Of a DNA stretch of 64,000 nucleotides, positions 41,962 through 55,189 are shown one piece after another. The translations under genes were made by a program, and so were the position numbers. The notes under the pieces are model-generated. The model ran no database searches, had not been told where the DNA came from, and saw only the letters and a list, made by a program, of their open reading frames with translations. Within the stretch, counting starts at the first letter, position 1. Each line of letters opens with the position of its first letter. This DNA comes from Octopus vulgaris (taxonomy: Eukaryota): the NCBI GenBank assembly GCA_951406725.2, contig OX597828.1:8308001-8372000 (forward strand), read 5' to 3'.

Positions 41962-43719
41962 ATACATATATATATATATGTATATATATATATGTATGTG
42001 TGTGTATGTGTGTGTATGTGTGTGTATTTGTGTATGTGAGTGTTTGTGTGTGTGTGTTGTGAGTGTGTGTGTGTAATCACTTTGTTCATTAGTATCGTCT
42101 TCGCAAGCATCTGTCTTTATGGTTTGATATAATATATACTAGTTTCCACTTCCCGACGCTTTGTTAAATCCAAAGAACAATTTTTTATCTCTTATGGCAC
42201 ATACCATGAGAACAAAACTCAGTGTATCTTCATGCTAGATGTTATGTCATTATTAACTCCAGGTTTTTAGAATTCTTTTTTTCCATATATAATAATTTAT
42301 ACCAGATTATATCTTCAATTAAAGAAAGAAAATTATCCAATTTTTATAATAATTGTAATAATTGTAAACGCCATAACTGTTTGTGATGCAGAGTTCGAAT
42401 TGAATGTTCATTTAAAAATTATTGTAAAAAAGAGAAAAAAAGGAATGTTCGTTTACAGTTATAAGATGAAATTTTATTAAGAAGTAACGCGTCTCTAATA
42501 CCTTTAATTATAGGAACAGGTCTTCTTCTGACAGCCTCAGTAAATTTATTTGGGGCTTCAAACACAAGAAAAAATGTTTTTCTCTGGAGTGGGATATTAT
42601 AAGCAAGGAAACTGCTTATAAGCCTGGAAACTTCTGTTGCTTTCTCTGTCTAGAAAAATTATTTTTGATCTTATATTCCAGGAGATGTCTCTTAAATGCT
42701 AATATAGAGACTAGTTTTTCATGTGTTCACGCATGTAAATACACTCTTAGAACCTACCATTAAATATATAATCATTATTGATGATAAGCATCAAATAATG
42801 GTTAGGAGATGTAATACTGATGAAAAATATATATAATATAAAATAATATATTAATAAAATTGTGTACATGGACGTTATGTCTCCTATACGTGGCAATGTA
42901 TTGGTATTTTATGTAAATTCAATTAAGCACATTTGTCATAAATATATCGTTTAATTAAATTTACGATATAACATATCTTAATACTAATTACAACTTCAGT
43001 GCACTTAGTTTACATATAAATTATCTATAAATAGTATTTGGTAATATTTTGCTTTAGTTTACAAAGTATATATTGACCGTAGATGTACGCACAAATATTG
43101 ATGACGCAAATCAACTACATAGTAATTAATTAGCAGTTGTGATATATCATATATTTTTTATGTCTTCAATAGTTTTAACACAAGTCTGCACAGCTACTTG
43201 ATAATTGATACAACCCTCACCTTTAATCTACCTTGTGCCCATCTTTCTCTCGCACTCGCTTTAATCTCTCTCTTACTACAACATCCATTTCGTCCTAACT
43301 ACCACACCACCACCAATAAAAGCCATTATGTATTACATAGGCAGGCGCACAAATATATCAAACGCATTTCTTTATATGTATATATGAACATAACGCTTTA
43401 TTTTTCAAACAGCGCACACATTCTAAAACACACACATCAGAGTCTGTCGAAATCTAACTCTCTTTTGGAAATATTCTTCCCTGATGAAATATCAAATTAC
43501 CCCAATTAATTTAACCCCAATTAATTAACCCAATTAATTTAGTTTAATTTCGGTAATTGAACAAACTGGATATGGAAACGGCTGTAGGACAGGAATTCCA
43601 TTATATGTATTTGAATATCTCTGATGTGTGAATGTCAATTTCCCCATTTTCTTCCTTCATTCATTCATAAATATCTTAAATACCTATATATGTATGTATA
43701 TATATATATATATATATAT

Positions 43720-43882
43720 GACGTAGCTCCATGTACCTAGCGGTTCGGCAAAAGAGACCGATAGAATAAGTATTAGGCTTACAAAGAATGAGTCCTGGAG
43801 TCGAATTGTCCGACTAAAGGGGTGCCCCAGTGAGGCCAGGGTCAAATGACTGAAAGAAGAAAAAGTGTAAAAGTAGAAAATA
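43720..43882 (+). mobile_element. SINE family A 3' half
   Basis: TAGCGGTTCGGCAAAAGAGACCGATAGAATAAGTA..GTCAAATGACTGAAA. Confidence 0.85.
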
Positions 43883-44166
43883 AGCACGCACACACACACA
43901 CTCACACACACACACACTCACACACACACACACACACAAGAGCAATCTATTCATCTAAACATACATTCATATAATCATATACGGAAAGATTTAAGATGCA
44001 TGATTTCCTTCTTCCCTGTGACCAAGCTTCAAAACTTTCCTTCACACATGCTTACACACGCACATATATGCACACATACAGGCATGTACACGCATTGTTT
44101 CTAAGCATCTTCTTCATTCATCTCCAGGCTTTTTCAGCCAACACACACATACATTTTCGGAAAGGA

Positions 44167-44217
44167 TATAATATCTGATGATTCTCCGAAACGCGATGAA
44201 AGCGCTTAATAGTTATA
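44167..44217 (+). ncRNA. Minimal hammerhead-like motif lacking stem II
   Basis: UAUAAUAU-CUGAUGA-UUCUCC-GAAA-CGC-GAUGAAA-GCG-CUUA-AUAGUUAUA; register at the cleavage site is imperfect. Confidence 0.45.
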
Positions 44218-44287
44218 CAAAATTCTGGCTCCTTCCTTTTTCTTAACATATAAACTCTGTACGTTTCAAATAATTTATAAAATTTCC

Positions 44288-44347
<60 letters not shown>

Positions 44348-44485
44348 ATGTGTGTATACATACATGTATATATACATATATTTATATGTCTATATATGCA
44401 TATATCTATGTATGTATGTATGTATGTATGTATGTGTACATATCACCCAGCATGGAAGGCGAACGTTAATAATGGTAATATATGC

Positions 44486-44540
<55 letters not shown>

Positions 44541-44952
44541 GGGATAGATAGAAAAATATGTAGGTAGATAGCTAGTTAGATGTACTTATATATCCCAGTA
44601 AATATATTTATAAATGTATGCGTGCGTATCTGTATGGATTCTCTGAATTTCCATGAAAATGAGTGTGAATACTGATAATATTGTCTTTTGTAAGTGTTCT
44701 CTTTGAGTTCCGTGTGATTCCATTCAATAATGTTGAGGATTATTATAGTTGCTTCCTATATCGACGTGTTTAAAATAAAAGATCCACTGAAGTGAAGGGA
44801 ATTCTCCATGAATAGTTTACGAGATAGGCATTTGATAAACTAAGGGTATCAATTCGGTTACACTGTGTTATCTGTGAAGGAATAGCAATCAGACATTTGA
44901 ACTTCCGTTAGAAGCAAATGGTAATTGGGAACATTTGCAGCTTGTATAACCG

Positions 44953-44996
<44 letters not shown>

Positions 44997-45023
44997 GTTT
45001 GCGCGCGCGTGTTTGTGTGCGTG

Positions 45024-45059
<36 letters not shown>

Positions 45060-45369
45060 AAATATATTATATATATATTATATATATATATTATGTATAT
45101 ATTATATATATATATATACATATGTATTTCTATACATGTTTTATGAAAACGTGCGTAGTTATGTGCTACTGTGGGGGAGAGAATCGCTTTAACTTTAAAC
45201 ATGTATTTATATGCATATTATATTAAACTGTAAAGCGGATACGTATACATTTCTTTTATTCGTTATATTTCATTTCATTACATGTATGTAAATATGTATG
45301 TATGTATGAATTGATGGATGGATGGATCTGTAGGTGAGTGCGTGTGTATGAATGTATGTGTGTATGTCA

Positions 45370-45862
45370 AAACGCTGGCTGTTGGAAGGCTCTATGTCTG
45401 GCAACAGGACTGCACCATGCCACACAAGCAGAACGCAGTCTGGCTGTGAGTCAATTTCTTCGACCACATCACCATTAACATCTGACGACCTAACTCCCTA
45501 GATTGCAACCCTTTTCATTATTATGTGTGGGGTCCTGTTGAGCAAGAGACCAACAAAATTCCTTGTAACACCAAAGATGAACTGAAGGCACGAATTATGA
45601 CAGCATTCACCAACTTTAAACAAGGAGATGGTACTGTAGAGTTGCAGGATATTAATAAAGAAATAGGTACAGTAGAGTTGCAGGATATTCTAGAGTCGTC
45701 TGGAGGCCGTGGTTGAAGCCTTGGCGATTTTATTGAATAAATTTACACTTCAGTCTTTCAAGATATTTCTACGTAATTTTTCTAAATATATCTGTTAAAC
45801 TGAGATGTCTGTTTTATTTTCATTTTTGTGTAGTTTAGAAGACAGTTTATTCAACGCACCCT
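45370..45862 (+). mobile_element. Tc1/mariner (maT/DD37D-like) transposase C-terminal relic
   Basis: WQQD..PCHTS, PNS.DCNPFHYYVWG, NTKDELKARI; terminal TTTATTCAACGCACCCT. Confidence 0.8.
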
Positions 45863-46362
45863 CCACGTATATCGTTGTCTTGGTTTCTCTCATTTTCAAT
45901 CTATCATTATTCCCAGAACATAAATTTTTACCAATTTAATTTTACTTCTTTTCACAGGAATTCTTCATATACCTAACCTTATGCGCGTGTGTGTGAGTGT
46001 GTAGATAAGATGTTATTCCACTTATAAGAGACTCTTCTCCACCGTAAGCGTCTTGCATTCATTGCGTACATATGCTCATGTGTTTTCCGTTGATAAATAT
46101 TTTATGCATTTATACATTCCCAAAATAAAAGTACTTTTCATTATTGAAGCACCACTGAAGCTATACGGTGAGGCTCAGGCATTCAACTAACAGTGCATTG
46201 CAGCAAATAGTAAAAGCAGCTGTAACATAATACAGTTAATCACTATTTCTTTTCCCTTGTCATTTTAGTTTCTGTTCTCTACTCAACAGACGCTTTGTTT
46301 CGCTGCATATGTATATTGAGTCCTGACACCAGGTTTTCAGTATTACTATACCTTAAACGACA

Positions 46363-46440
<78 letters not shown>

Positions 46441-46441
<1 letters not shown>

Positions 46442-46626
46442 GTTCTAAAACAAACAATTTCGTATGTTTTTTTTAGACATTCACTAGTACAACACTAAGT
46501 ACAAAACCAAATATATGGTACCCTAGGCATAAAACCAACATGGACTTCCAGCTTGTTGTCTCTTGAGGTCTCTGTTTGTGACCTGGAGCCAACTTGTACA
46601 AATGTAAAGCTAAAGTCAACATAGAA
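46441..46626 (+). mobile_element. Dong/R4 LINE 3'UTR-only insertion within (TAA)n
   Basis: Reverse complement of 39187-39360 (CCAACATG..CTTGTTGTC.CTTGAGGTCTCTG..GAGCCAACTTGTACAAAT); TAA repeats on both sides. Confidence 0.85.
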
Positions 46627-46705
46627 TAATAATAATCATAATATATGTCTGTATATATATTTTCATACATACAGCTATATATGTAAATATATGTGTGTGT
46701 TTGTG

Positions 46706-46738
<33 letters not shown>

Positions 46739-46745
46739 ATGAATG

Positions 46746-46808
46746 GGTGACAGGTAAATTACACCGCGGTATATTCGACCATGGTAAATTTCACCATAAG
46801 TAAAATTA

Positions 46809-46872
<64 letters not shown>

Positions 46873-46917
46873 AATTATTATCATTACAATTATTATTATT
46901 ATTATCATTATTATAAT

Positions 46918-47004
<87 letters not shown>

Positions 47005-47223
47005 CATTATTATTATTATAACTCACCTTCAGACTCTCTCTCTCTCCCTCCCTCTCTCTTCTAAAGACTTGATGGACAGGCAGATTAAATAACATAGGTA
47101 TTGACCCACGGTCTACAGACACTGACCACAGTGATTATTAGCGGGAGCATCTTATCTTGGAAGTCTCTCCATGGGTGGAATTTACTATGGAGGAATATGA
47201 TGCGGTGGAATTTACCTAGAACC
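46746..47223. mobile_element. Non-autonomous TIR DNA transposon with 8-bp TSD
   Basis: TIRs GGTGACAGGTAAATTACACCGC / GCGGTGGAATTTACCTAGAACC with reiterated GTAAATT.CACC subunits; TATGAATG at 46738-46745 and 47224-47231. Confidence 0.8.
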
Positions 47224-47678
47224 TATGAATGTGCGTGTGGATTACAATGTTTAACATACAATATCATAAAGAAACATTACCCTCCATTAAAACATCGAGT
47301 AGGCTATTTATAATAATTAATAAATTCGTTTTAATTAACTAGCAAAATTTTAATGTACACCAATGTTCAGTCCCGATATCACGAAATGAAGCAGAAAATT
47401 TACATCTAGGAGTTGATTCTTAGCATACAAGAATTTTAACTTTCATATATTCAGAATTTTAATTTTTGTATATTAAGAACTATTCTTCCGGGACATTACA
47501 AGTAAAGCATGTAGGATTGAAGAAATGCAACAATATTAGCCAATTATATAATGGCTAATGTTATTTATTTCTCAAAACAGAGGTAAAAAAATTATACAAG
47601 ACAGAATTAAAGGATTTGACGTATTATAAAGTGATATAAAAGTAGCCGCACTAAAGGGAATGGAATTTGGAGGAAATG

Positions 47679-48335
47679 CGAGGTCTGATCAATAAGTATC
47701 TGGACTGTTGCAATAGTAACAAAGCCAAAGCATGCAGAGTTAAGCCACTTGGCACAGATTGACCCTGAACTAAATTTTAACGTCTTAGCTCGCTTCCGCT
47801 GTTACAGTAGTGCTTGGAAGGAAGGTATGTAGCATGATCGTGCATTGACCAGGATAAAAATATCATGGCGTTATATGCTCAGAGACCAATACAAATTTGC
47901 ATAAAGTGTATGGAGAAGAGTGTATGAGCCGCTCACAAGTGTAGGAGTAGTTCAGACGTTTAAAATATGGCCGAAAAATATGTTGATATTGATGAACGCT
48001 CAGGGAGACCCACAACCAGCAGACCTGAGAAAAAACATTGCTGCGAGGAAAAATCGTTGAATCACCGTCCATGAGTTATCAGAGGATGTGCAAATTAGTT
48101 ACGGTTCAGTTCAGTCCATTATCACTAAAGATTTGGGTATAATACGCATGTCTGCCAAGTTTGTGCCAAAACTGCTTTCAGCTGACTAAAAAGACGCTCG
48201 GGTTTCAGTTGCACAAGATCTCCTTGATTGTGTCGAGAAAATTGAAAACTGTTTGAAAACATTCCCTTGGCCTCTGAGCAGGTATTGCCAAGCTTTTGGC
48301 AAAATTAGATGCAGATTTTCTGCTCAACTTTCTGC
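47679..48335 (+). mobile_element. Mariner transposon 5' relic
   Basis: TIR-like CGAGGTCTGATCAATAAGTATC; LHKVYGEECMSRSQV (HTH) and SAKFVPKLLSAD (WVP-like motif). Confidence 0.85.
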
Positions 48336-49127
48336 TACACACCATCCTTCCAAGGGCGGTAAACAACGTAAGTGAGGCTAGAACATTAAAACTTAGTGTG
48401 CTTGCCCACCAGAGTTTAAGATAGATGTGCCAAACCGCTCATCTAGCACCGATGAAGAATTATTACTCAACGCAAAGTAATTTCCAGTGTACGAGCATTT
48501 ATACAGATTTAATCCGGTGAATGTGGTGTTTCAAAGTTCCATAAATGATTGTTGCTGGTTTGTCTGCATTTCCGAAATTTCTCTTCCTTGATATTTTAAT
48601 AAATGTGTTTATTATAAAGAACTTTCAGGATTTGTTTGCTCAGCTCAAATCACACGTTTTATTTTTAACTTACAAAATTTACACGAATGTGTAGCTCTTA
48701 TTTAGTAATGTCGTTTAAAGCAATATATTTTTTCCTTAATTGTCATTATATAATTGGCTAATTTCGTTGCATTTCTTCAATCCTACGTGCTTTACTTCGA
48801 AATATATTCTTTTAATATCACTTCCAACATCATGCGTATATAACACTTCCTGCTATAAAATAATTTCGTTTTATTCCAAAGCAGTTATGATGTTTTCACC
48901 TTGCCGATGCATCAGCCAGCTCTCTTCTTGATTTTCAAAGAAGTATTTTTGCAACCATTTTAAAGTTAAGGATAAAATCAATCAAGTATGAGAATAAGTC
49001 ATATTAATTGTCGAAGGAATGAATTGTCACCTAAAAGTACATGAGGGTATTTATACCTGAATTTTCGGGAAGTACCCGTCTTTCATATATTTAATACCAA
49101 CATCAAAGTTGGCTTATTCTGAAACCT

Positions 49128-49518
49128 TTGCGGTAAGATGGTTTTTACCCAACCACATGGTGCTGCGTTAAGTCCCACTATGTGGCACCTTGGGGAGGTG
49201 TCTTCCACTATAGTCTCGGGTTGGCCAAGCCTTTTGAGCTGATCACATATATACATATATGTGTCTGTGCGCCTGTGCGCCTGTACGTGCACGTGTGTGT
49301 GTATATCTTTGTGCTTGTTTCTCACCACCACTACTTGACAACCGATGCTGGTGTGCTTACGTCCCATGACCTAGCTGTTCGCAAAAGAGACCATTAGAAT
49401 AAGTACCATGCTTTAAAAAATGTCTTTAAGTCGATATATTCGATTAAGAATTCCCTTAGGCGGCGCCAGAGCTCGACCGCCGTTAAATGACTGAAAGGAG
49501 CAAAAGATAAAAGATAAA
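49128..49518 (+). mobile_element. Diverged SINE family A
   Basis: CCAACCACATGG, CACCTTGGG, CTTGACAACCGATGCTGGTGTG, AAATGACTGAAA. Confidence 0.8.
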
Positions 49519-49634
49519 TTATATTTTATGCCTTCTTGTTTTTATACATACATGCACACGCACATACACACATACAGAAATGTGCTTTCTGAGCACGGAG
49601 GCATTTATATACATATGAATACTAATTGTTTATA

Positions 49635-50220
49635 TACGGGGTGATCTCCCAAGAAGAACAGAACCCATAAAAATTTAATTAAACTCTACAAATGTCCATC
49701 AAATTTCTTGAATTTTCTAGACCTAAACTTCGGTCTGTGTACGATCATCCCATTTGCATAAATATCATATACTCCGAATGGCATACTTCGTGCAAAATTG
49801 TCAATTACTAGAACACATTCCTCTTTGGAAATTTCTTTGATTTCTGTTGTGATTGCTGCCTTCAGATCACCAATCGTTTGAGGGCTGTTATGATAATCGT
49901 TACCCTTCAGATACTCCAACAGATAAAAATCTGGTGGGTTTACGTTCGGTGAATGTGGTGCCCACTCAGCGTCACACTTCCTGCTGATCAGTTACTCCTG
50001 CAATCATTTGATGCGTGGTGGTGGTGCTGGTTGTTGTGGCCCCATATTGCTGGAACCACTGTTCTTCTCCATCTATCCCTCTCCGTCGTTTCATTCAAAC
50101 AGTTTTATTCAGAGGTTTATAGGTTCTATTTTTTGGGGATCACACTGTACATGCTTCCTAAGCTGTTTCCTCTTCTTTACATATACAAGTCCGAATGTAA
50201 CATCTTTTTCTGAACTCCGG
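49635..50220 (-). mobile_element. Tc1/mariner (maT-like) transposase C-terminal relic
   Basis: WFQQYGAT, WAPHSPNVNPPDFYLLEYLK, PQTIGDLKAAI; terminal TACGGGGTGATC TIR-like sequence. Confidence 0.8.
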
Positions 50221-50235
50221 TATTAAATATTCTAA

Positions 50236-50465
50236 GGCGGCGATTTGGCAGAAACGTTAAGCATGCCGGGCGAAATGCGTAGCCGTATTTCGTCCGCCGT
50301 TACGTTCAGAGTTCAAATTTCGCCGAGGTCGACTTTGCCTTTCATCCTTTCGGGGTCGATAAATTAAGTACCAGTTACTCACTTGGGTTGATGTAATCGA
50401 CTTAATCCGTTTGTCTGTCCTTCTTTGTCCCCTCTGTGTTTAAACCCTTGTGGATAGTAAATAAT
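50236..50465 (+). mobile_element. Full-length SINE family B (Meta-like core)
   Basis: GGCGGCGATTTGGCAGAAACG..GAGTTCAAAT..GCCTTTCATCCTTTCGGGGTCGATAAATTAAGTACCAG. Confidence 0.9.
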
Positions 50466-50761
50466 TATATATTTAATATTCTGTACTATAAGTCTTTACT
50501 TATAACTTGGTGTCATTTAGATTGATTACTTTCAGCCACAAATTTAGCCACACTATTTCATATCTACAATTCACTACTACTCCTGCTACAACTACTAACA
50601 AACACACTTCCTTTAACTCTATTGTTACCACTACTACGACCACCATAACCATCAACTTCTTACACATTCTCATTAATAATATTCTTGTCTTTTGCAGTTA
50701 CTACCACCACCACCACGACCACAACCAGCACTACAAGTAGCTTCACCATGATTACAACTAA

Positions 50762-50980
50762 TATAGGTTTCAAATTGTGACACAAGACCGGTCGGTTTTG
50801 CGGAGGGGCTAAGTTTACTAAATTGACCCTAGTGTTCAACTGGTATTTCTTTTCTTGACCTCGAAGAGATGAAAGCAAAATCGACCCCGGTGGAATTTGA
50901 ACTTAAAACGTCAAGACGGACGAAATGCCGCCTAAGCATTTCGCTCGGCGTGCTAACGATTCTGCCAGCCCGTTACCTTC
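50762..50980 (-). mobile_element. SINE family B, inverted relative to 50236
   Basis: GATGAAAGCAAAATCGACCCCGGTGGAATTTGAAC..GCTAACGATTCTGCCAGC. Confidence 0.85.
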
Positions 50981-51049
50981 GTTACAACTAATATTTTTAA
51001 AAATGAGACTAAAAACATATATAATATTAAGAACAACTACATTATTTTC

Positions 51050-51145
51050 AACACCATCACTACCACCACCACCACCACCATCACCAAAATCATCACTACC
51101 ACCACCACCATCGTCATCATCATCATCATCATCATCACCATCATT

Positions 51146-51187
<42 letters not shown>

Positions 51188-51237
51188 GCCATCATCATCG
51201 CCATCATCATCATCATCATCATCGTCGTCGTCGTCGA

Positions 51238-51275
<38 letters not shown>

Positions 51276-51280
51276 ACATT
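51050..51280. repeat. (CAC)n/(CAT)n microsatellite
   Basis: Direct reading. Confidence 0.95.
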
Positions 51281-51746
51281 ATCAGCTGCAGTGCCTTCAT
51301 AGGCATCGCTTCACCTGCCTAGAAGCGACCTTCCATTGAGAGGAACTCTTTGTCTAAGTAAAGAACAAGCGGCAAGGAAACTAGTGTGTTATTTAAATGT
51401 TATACACTTTATGAACTTCAGGCAATTTATATTGCCAAAATTTGACATTTAATTAATCAAAAGTAAGAAAAATAGCCAAGCTGAACAATGGAAGATACAA
51501 CAGTTCATATTGGGTAGGACATATTCGTATGAATGCTAATAGTTTTGTCATAGTAATGATGAGCTGAGGCAACAAGAAGTCGTTCTTACGCACCTTAACG
51601 AATTACTTCACGTGCTTTGAAGCAATAACTTTGAGAACACTGTATAATGGAAATAATTAAATCTTTTCCTTTCCTTTGAAATTTTTTACACATACATATA
51701 TACATTTCTACATATATATGCATGTATATATGTGTATGTCTGTCTG

Positions 51747-51778
<32 letters not shown>

Positions 51779-52205
51779 CACGTCTGTGTTGGAGTGTCCA
51801 TTAGCTTTATGTTATTATATCATTATATTTCATTCTATTATTCTTCTGAATACTGATGTATTTATAATTTCGTTTCTGAATAACTTTGCAGGAAAAAAGT
51901 TTCTGTGAGATATTATTTCGAATATTAAAATTAAATTCTAATATTCGATTAAAATTTTTTTTGCCTTTGTTTATGTATTTTAAAATGAGTACTAATTTCG
52001 AGTACAACTGTGCAAAACAAGGTGGGTAAATAGCAGGCGAATACTGTTCGATTTTGAAAAATACTATGACCTAATAAAATTGAAATGCCTATTCATGTAT
52101 TTGTAATTGCATCGCAATCATGATTTTAATTCAATATATATTTACAACTATCCGACGAACGGGAACGTGATGCTCTGAGCAACAGGGATAATTTGGCAGT
52201 TTTAA
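51280..52205 (+). mobile_element. Possible Helitron relic
   Basis: Frameshifted AVPS/GIAS resembles Pif1 AVASSGIAA; RQF and SQA echoes; Helitron-end-like GCAAC.GGG motifs near 52020 and 52180. Weak. Confidence 0.2.
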
Positions 52206-52249
52206 TAAATATATATATATATATATATATACATATACATACATACATG

Positions 52250-52800
52250 GTGGTTGCCACCTCGTTATCGAGTATGGCCATTGCACGAAGCTTAATCAAT
52301 GTTGCTATCGTGCAATGCCCGTGCTAGAAGATTTTTTTTTAAAGTGAGGAAAGGCTGTGCACTGAGCCAATCCCACTTACTAAGCAACAGCAGCCATAAT
52401 CCGAAAAGAAGAACAAGTCAACATCATCGGTAACCACTGAACCGCAGTTCTTTGTCGGAGTTATCCTAGTTTCCTGAGTTACCTTCTCCTAGAAAAATGC
52501 CCTAACAAAGGCTAGAAGTCGTTCACTCCCAATGGTTTAACCGCGCGATCGGGGATTCAGTCCGATTATTTCTATGTCCCCGCGCATGATACAGCCTTAA
52601 GACATTTATTGGATGGCCGTTGACTCTCAAGAGTTCCTCCGCCCTTTGACGGGTTTTGTTTTTCATCCCGCAGGGTGTCCAATAAACACCCTCCTCACCA
52701 AGCAAGCTTGGTGGGGTTGCCGGCTTTGTCGCCGACGACCCGACAATGCAACAGGTTGTACTGTGTTACATGTTACCAGTAGCACTCGAAAGTGACCTGA
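52250..52800 (-). mobile_element. Non-autonomous element derived from an RTE 5'UTR
   Basis: Minus-strand GGGTCGTCGGCGAC..GGCAACC..GGTGAGGAGGGTG..AAAAACAAAACCCGTCAAAGGGCGGAGGA..CTAGGAGAAGGTAACTC resembles RTE 5'UTRs; no ORF; flanked by (CATA)n. Confidence 0.65.
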
Positions 52801-53069
52801 CATACATATATACATACATACATACATACATACAGGCACTAATACATACATACATACATACATAAAGGCACTAATACAGACGAGACATACACGTCGAAGC
52901 CCCGGTGAACCATAATCCTGGACGACAATAATCGGAGAATGCCGAAAGAAGTGTCATCGTACACAAATGTCCTTCCGCTATGATATATATACTATAGTGG
53001 CCAGTATAGTTTGGTTCTGAAACTGTCAGGACATGTTAAGAGTAGTTATAAACGATTTATGCACACGTA

Positions 53070-53720
53070 TGTGGCGTGGTTGTGTGGTAAGAAGCTTTCT
53101 CCCAAACCACATGGTTGTGGGTTCAGTCATGTCTTCTACTATAGCCTCGGGATTTGGTAGATGGAATCTGAAAGAAGCCCATCGTGTCTTTTAGTCCTCT
53201 TCATACCTTTTCTTCCATACCTCTTTTCTTTTTCTCGCTCCCCCTCTCTGACAATTCTTGGCCTTCTCTCTCTTTAATCTCCCTACTTTTCTTCCCCATT
53301 TATCTTCCTTGTACTTTTTCTATGTCCCTTTGTTTTAATCTCTTTCTCGTCCTCCTCCTAATTCTTCAACTCGCCTGCCACTACCTCTCTCCTTTCCTTC
53401 CATGTGTCCGGTGTTCAGCCAAGCATGATCTTTCTTGGCTTGACTGCCGGCTGCGAATCATCCTTTATATTCCAGTCTCGTGACTTTCATCTCTTATGTT
53501 CATCTCTTCAGTTCCTGCCTGAAGGCTTTCACTCTACACACGCCAGCTCAACGGGATTTGTCTTCATTAGTCAATGTTTATGTTACCATAACTTAGCAAT
53601 TCGGCAAATGGTTCGATAGAATAAGTAAAGTCCTGGGGTCAATTTCTTCGACTGAAACGCTTTAAGTCGGTGATCCAGCATGATCGAAGTCAAATTAATA
53701 AAAGTAAAAGAATAAAAGAA
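53070..53720 (+). mobile_element. SINE family A split by a ~360-bp pyrimidine-rich insert
   Basis: 5' half 53070-53185 and 3' half ~53550-53720. Confidence 0.75.
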
Positions 53721-55139
53721 TATATATATATATACATATACATACATGTGTGTGTGTGTACGCGTGAAGTACGTGGCTCAGTGGCTAGGTTATTCCGCCC
53801 ACAATTTTAAGGTTCCTGTTCATATATATATGGCGGTGCCCCAGCATGGCTACAGCTCGTGAGCTGAAACTAGATAAAATAAATATGTATATAGATATAA
53901 ATACACATATACATAGCTTTGACAATACTTTTGACTCTTTCCGTTATTCACACTACGTTCCTCTTGTTTGTGCGCATGTGTGTGGGTCATGTGTATATAT
54001 ATATATATATATATATAGTGTGTGTGTATATATATATATATATACATAAACGCGTGCGTGTTTGTGTGTGTGATAAAGAATATAGACAAGAGAAGTGTAT
54101 GCCATATTTTTACAGCTGTTTCATAATTTTTCGAGTTTCATAATAGATCTTGCATTATTATCAACACACTTCTAAAACATATATATTGAAACATATATAA
54201 ATAAATATATATGCGTGTATATAATCATGGAAGTATAATGCTATGGAAAATTATAGATTCGTCTTCAGAACAATACAATGTAGTTGAAAACTTCAACTCT
54301 ACAACAGCGAATACGCTACCTTGTTATATTAATCCACAGGCAACAGATGTACCCGGTATGTTGCTATGTATTTTAGTGAGACATGGCCATAGAACAATAC
54401 AAATCTAGAAGTAAAGTTAGAATATGGGAGTCGAGATGTAAAAATGAAAAAAACAAAACAAATAAACCTAAAGATACGAAAAATAAGAATGCCCGGTAAT
54501 CGGAAAAGCATAAAATAAAATTTTTAATAAATTATATCGAAGGTATTGGTGTTAAACTAAGATTTGGACACTAAAATTGAACTAATTTCTAAAGGGCGAG
54601 AGGTTGAAGAATTTTGTCATAATCAGGCGATTTATATTGTAGAATAGATAAAGAAAGAGTATAATGGAGTAAGTTATGAACTGTAAGAAGAGAATGGGAA
54701 AAATGTGAACAAAATAAGGTTTAAAGAACAATCAGAGAGTATAATTGTTGAATTAGTTGTTGGAATACTATCCCTCAAAACCAGTTGGGTTTTGAGGGTT
54801 AGTATTATATTTCCATGGATATTGATACGGCACAATCTACACACATATCGATAATCACCAGCAACATTATTACTCACTTCTATATACTCATATGCGAACA
54901 TTAGCAAGTGCCCTAATATATATGTATACATACCCGGATTCTTACTCAGATATACAAACACACATACACAGACAAAGATTTCGTACGTATATACATATTC
55001 ATAAATACAATGTGGTACAGAACAATAATTTCGAAGTAATGTTATAATTGCGGACGTTTAATATTTATTTAATCAACCATAAGGAATTATAATCGTATGT
55101 ATATATATATATTTATGTATATATATGTATATATATTTG

Positions 55140-55189
<50 letters not shown>

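Noticed and set aside
45629-45690. Repeat GGTAC.GTAGAGTTGCAGGATATT twice with a short spacer
   Set aside because: A local duplication inside a transposase relic, not CRISPR-like; the context is eukaryotic.
54105-54165. GAAACAGCUGUA with upstream UUGAUAA (possible U3-A8 hammerhead)
   Set aside because: Stem I does not pair and the stem II register is off by one.
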